A stretch of DNA of 32,000 bases, taken from NCBI RefSeq assembly GCF_000011805.1, contig NC_006840.2. One strand, 5' to 3'. Source of the stretch: Aliivibrio fischeri ES114. GTDB lineage: Bacteria; Pseudomonadota; Gammaproteobacteria; Enterobacterales; Vibrionaceae. Shown here piece by piece: positions 29,626 to 32,000 of this stretch; within the stretch, counting starts at the first letter, position 1; every line of letters begins with the position of its first letter. A program made the position numbers and the translations under genes. The notes beneath the pieces were generated by a model that worked only from the letters and a program-made list of their open reading frames with translations, was not told where the DNA came from and did not search any database.

Positions 29626-30615
29626 TTAGTGCAAATCTAATTTAGATAATTCTTGTAAAACAAATCGTTCAGGCAAAGCAATATAGCCATCTTGCTCAAC
29701 CCTATCTTGCCCTTCTCTAGATAACATATAGCGAATAAACTCAGCATCAAGAGGGGGCAACTTTGCGGTTGGCGGTTTATTTATGTAAATATATAAGAAA
29801 CGCGCTAATGGGTATTGCCCGTTAATAATATTGTCTGTGGTTGGTTCAATATAATCGGTTCCAGTTCTACTGATAGGTAAGAGTTTTACCCCTGACATTT
29901 GATAACCAACACCAGAGTAACCAATACCATTTAAAGAGGCTGAAATTCCTTGAACCACAGAGGCTGAACCAGGTTGCTCATTAACGTTAACTTTAAAATC
30001 ACCATTACATAGTGCGTTATTTTTAAAGTATCCATAGGTGCCAGAGACTGAGTTTCGACCAAATAGTTGAATTCGATGTTTTGCCCAACTGGTATGTATC
30101 CCAAGCTCTTGCCAGCGGCTGATCGACTTTAAAGCACCACAACGCAAAGTGGCAGAAAAGATAGCATCAAGCTGAGAAAAATTGAGTCCTTTAATTGGGT
30201 TATCCTGATGAACAAAAATTCCGAGGGCATCAATTGCGACTCGGATTTCAGTTGGAGGATAACCAAATTGTCTTTCAAATGCGGCTTTTTCACTTTGCCG
30301 CATTTTTCGGCTCATGGGTCCAAATTGCGCAGTACTTTCAATAAGAGCTGGCGCTGCGGTCGAAGAACCTGATGCTTGAATTTGTATATGAACTCTAGGG
30401 TAAATACGTTGAAAATCTTCAGCCCATAGCGTCATCATATTTGCTAACGTATCAGAACCAATTGAAGATAAATTGCCAGAAATACCCGACACTCTCTCAT
30501 AAGGAGCAAGTGTCCCCTCATCAGCTAAACCATTATTTGCAAAGCACAACCAAAGTAATCCTACAGGGAAGAATCCCTTAAACCACTTTATAATTCTACT
30601 TTGCATATTAATCAT
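29626..30615 (-). CDS. pstS: phosphate ABC transporter substrate-binding protein (PstS family)
   Basis: 329-aa ORF with a signal peptide (FFPVGLLWLCFANNGLA) and type-2 periplasmic binding-protein motifs (GSDTL, GSSTA, GPMSR, SGTY.YF). Lies between phoR and pstC. Confidence 0.8.
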   Translation of the reverse strand: MINMQSRIIKWFKGFFPVGLLWLCFANNGLADEGTLAPYERVSGISGNLSSIGSDTLANMMTLWAEDFQRIYPRVHIQIQASGSSTAAPALIESTAQFGPMSRKMRQSEKAAFERQFGYPPTEIRVAIDALGIFVHQDNPIKGLNFSQLDAIFSATLRCGALKSISRWQELGIHTSWAKHRIQLFGRNSVSGTYGYFKNNALCNGDFKVNVNEQPGSASVVQGISASLNGIGYSGVGYQMSGVKLLPISRTGTDYIEPTTDNIINGQYPLARFLYIYINKPPTAKLPPLDAEFIRYMLSREGQDRVEQDGYIALPERFVLQELSKLDLH

Positions 30616-30629
30616 GATTCTGTACTTAC

Positions 30630-31925
30630 TTAAAGAATGAGTTTTTTAGGTAATGTAAATGAGAAAGTACTGCCTTTTCCTAACTTACTTTTTATTTCAA
30701 GCTGAGAGTCATGATGACTAAGCGCATGCTTAACAATTGCTAGCCCTAATCCACTACCACCCGTTTCTCTAGAACGTGCTTTATCTACACGATAGAAACG
30801 TTCCGTCAAACGAGGAATATGTTGCGGCTCTATCCCTTGTCCACTATCGGTAACTTTTAGCTCAGCACCACTGAATGTTGATTGCCAATCAACAATAATT
30901 TCAGCACCATCTGTTGTGTGTTTTACGGCGTTATACACTAAATTTGAAATAGCACTACGTAATTGATCTTCATCACCTTTAACTTTGAGATTATGATCAA
31001 CATTAAAGGTGATTTTATGATTTCTTTCGCCGCTTAGCGCTACGGCTTCTTTCTCTAAAATATCCAACATTGAAGGAACATCTACACGATCTTCTAGCAT
31101 TGATGTTGCTGCTGCTTCTATTTTAGATAAAGTTAATAGTTGTTCGACTAAGCCTTCCATACGAGACAACTGCTCAGTCATTACACCATGCGCACGATTC
31201 CACATAGGTCCAACTAACATGTCAGGATCTTCCGACATTTCCAAATAACCGCGAAGAACCGTCATTGGTGTACGTAATTCATGAGATACGTTAGCAAAGA
31301 AGTTACGACGCATGCCTTCAAGTTGCTTAATTTGAGAAACGTCACGTACCACCATTAGATATTCACCATCACTGTATGGTGCAATACGTATTTCTAACGT
31401 TTTATCACTATTGATTGGTGATTTCATATCCAATGGAAAATCAAAATGTTGACCCATCAAATACTGCACAAAATCAGGCGTTCTAATTAAATTAGTGATC
31501 GGTTGACCAGAATCATCAGGCCAACGAAAACCAAGAAGAGATTGTGCTAATGTGTTACACCAAACGATATTTCCTTCGTGGCGAAAAACCACTACCGCAT
31601 CTGGTAAGGCTTCTGCACCTTGACGGAATCGACGGATCAAACCAGATAACTCTTTGCGACGCTTCTTATGTCTTTTTTGCAGACGATACGTCTCATCAAA
31701 AATAGGTTCCCAACTACCAGATGCTGATGGAGGTGTCGCCTTTCGGCCTTCATGTAACCAACGTGACATCTTAATTTGGTTATGAAGATGCCAAATTAAT
31801 AAAATAAAGGAGGCAAGGAACAGCAATGGCCATAGCGCATCAAATAGATACCCTACAATAACCCAAGGAACATAGAAAAAAACCAATTCTCCAATCAATT
31901 TTTTCCATGAAAGACGCTCAACCAT
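30630..31925 (-). CDS. phoR: phosphate regulon sensor histidine kinase PhoR
   Basis: 431-aa ORF with two N-terminal TM segments, a PAS-like region, the H-box [16 protein letters not shown] and N/G boxes ([28 protein letters not shown]). Same length as E. coli PhoR as I recall it (431 aa). Confidence 0.92.
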   Translation of the reverse strand: MVERLSWKKLIGELVFFYVPWVIVGYLFDALWPLLFLASFILLIWHLHNQIKMSRWLHEGRKATPPSASGSWEPIFDETYRLQKRHKKRRKELSGLIRRFRQGAEALPDAVVVFRHEGNIVWCNTLAQSLLGFRWPDDSGQPITNLIRTPDFVQYLMGQHFDFPLDMKSPINSDKTLEIRIAPYSDGEYLMVVRDVSQIKQLEGMRRNFFANVSHELRTPMTVLRGYLEMSEDPDMLVGPMWNRAHGVMTEQLSRMEGLVEQLLTLSKIEAAATSMLEDRVDVPSMLDILEKEAVALSGERNHKITFNVDHNLKVKGDEDQLRSAISNLVYNAVKHTTDGAEIIVDWQSTFSGAELKVTDSGQGIEPQHIPRLTERFYRVDKARSRETGGSGLGLAIVKHALSHHDSQLEIKSKLGKGSTFSFTLPKKLIL

Positions 31926-31951
31926 TACCTTTATACCTTACAATAATTAAA

Positions 31952-32000
31952 TTATGACGCTTGTACAGAGAAGCGATAGCCCGCACCACGAACCGTTTGA
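31952..32000 (-). CDS. phoB: phosphate regulon response regulator PhoB, C-terminal fragment
   Basis: Minus-strand reading gives ...QTVRGAGYRFSVQAS*, which matches the C-terminal wHTH end of PhoB/OmpR-family regulators (E. coli ...RTVRGTGYRFS...). Immediately upstream of phoR. Confidence 0.75.
   Translation of the reverse strand, partial: QTVRGAGYRFSVQAS

Overview
The window looks like low-GC gammaproteobacterial chromosome, most likely Vibrionaceae (Aliivibrio/Vibrio-like; this is inferred from gene content and order, not searched). Coding density is high and most of it is core housekeeping.

Gene content, left to right:
- The frr(partial)-pyrH-tsf-rpsB array on the minus strand, divergent from map-glnD-yaeH.
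- The queA-tgt-yajC-secD-secF operon (minus).
- A standalone CBS-pair protein, convergent with the glyoxylate-shunt operon aceB-aceA (minus).
- A divergent OxyR-type regulator and 2-Cys peroxiredoxin pair, followed by cutC.
- A small, AT-rich, poorly characterised envelope-protein patch at about 19.9-24.1 kb: a YgiW/BOF protein, two small outer-membrane beta-barrels, a LysR regulator and a secreted tandem-repeat protein.
- A single-strand phosphate locus, phoB(partial)-phoR-pstS-pstC-pstA-pstB-phoU (minus).

I found no rRNA, tRNA, CRISPR array, transposase, integrase or phage gene. I see no convincing multi-gene novel system such as a defence island.

The items most worth a second look:
1. Large extracytoplasmic insertions in PstC (about 375 aa, repeat pattern compatible with a 7-bladed propeller) and in PstA (about 210 aa).
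2. A Pho-box-like site inside the pstS-pstC spacer.
3. A 161-bp imperfect palindrome between a small OMP gene and its terminator.
4. An orphan intrinsic terminator about 200 bp downstream of the LysR gene, which could mark an sRNA or a long 3' UTR.
5. The repeat protein lying directly downstream of phoU with no visible terminator between them.
6. An unusually long (about 575 bp), palindrome-rich spacer upstream of aceB.

Several ORF-track starts are probably too far upstream (tsf, tgt, aceB, cutC, pstB, the small OMP and the repeat protein) and are corrected in the feature list.
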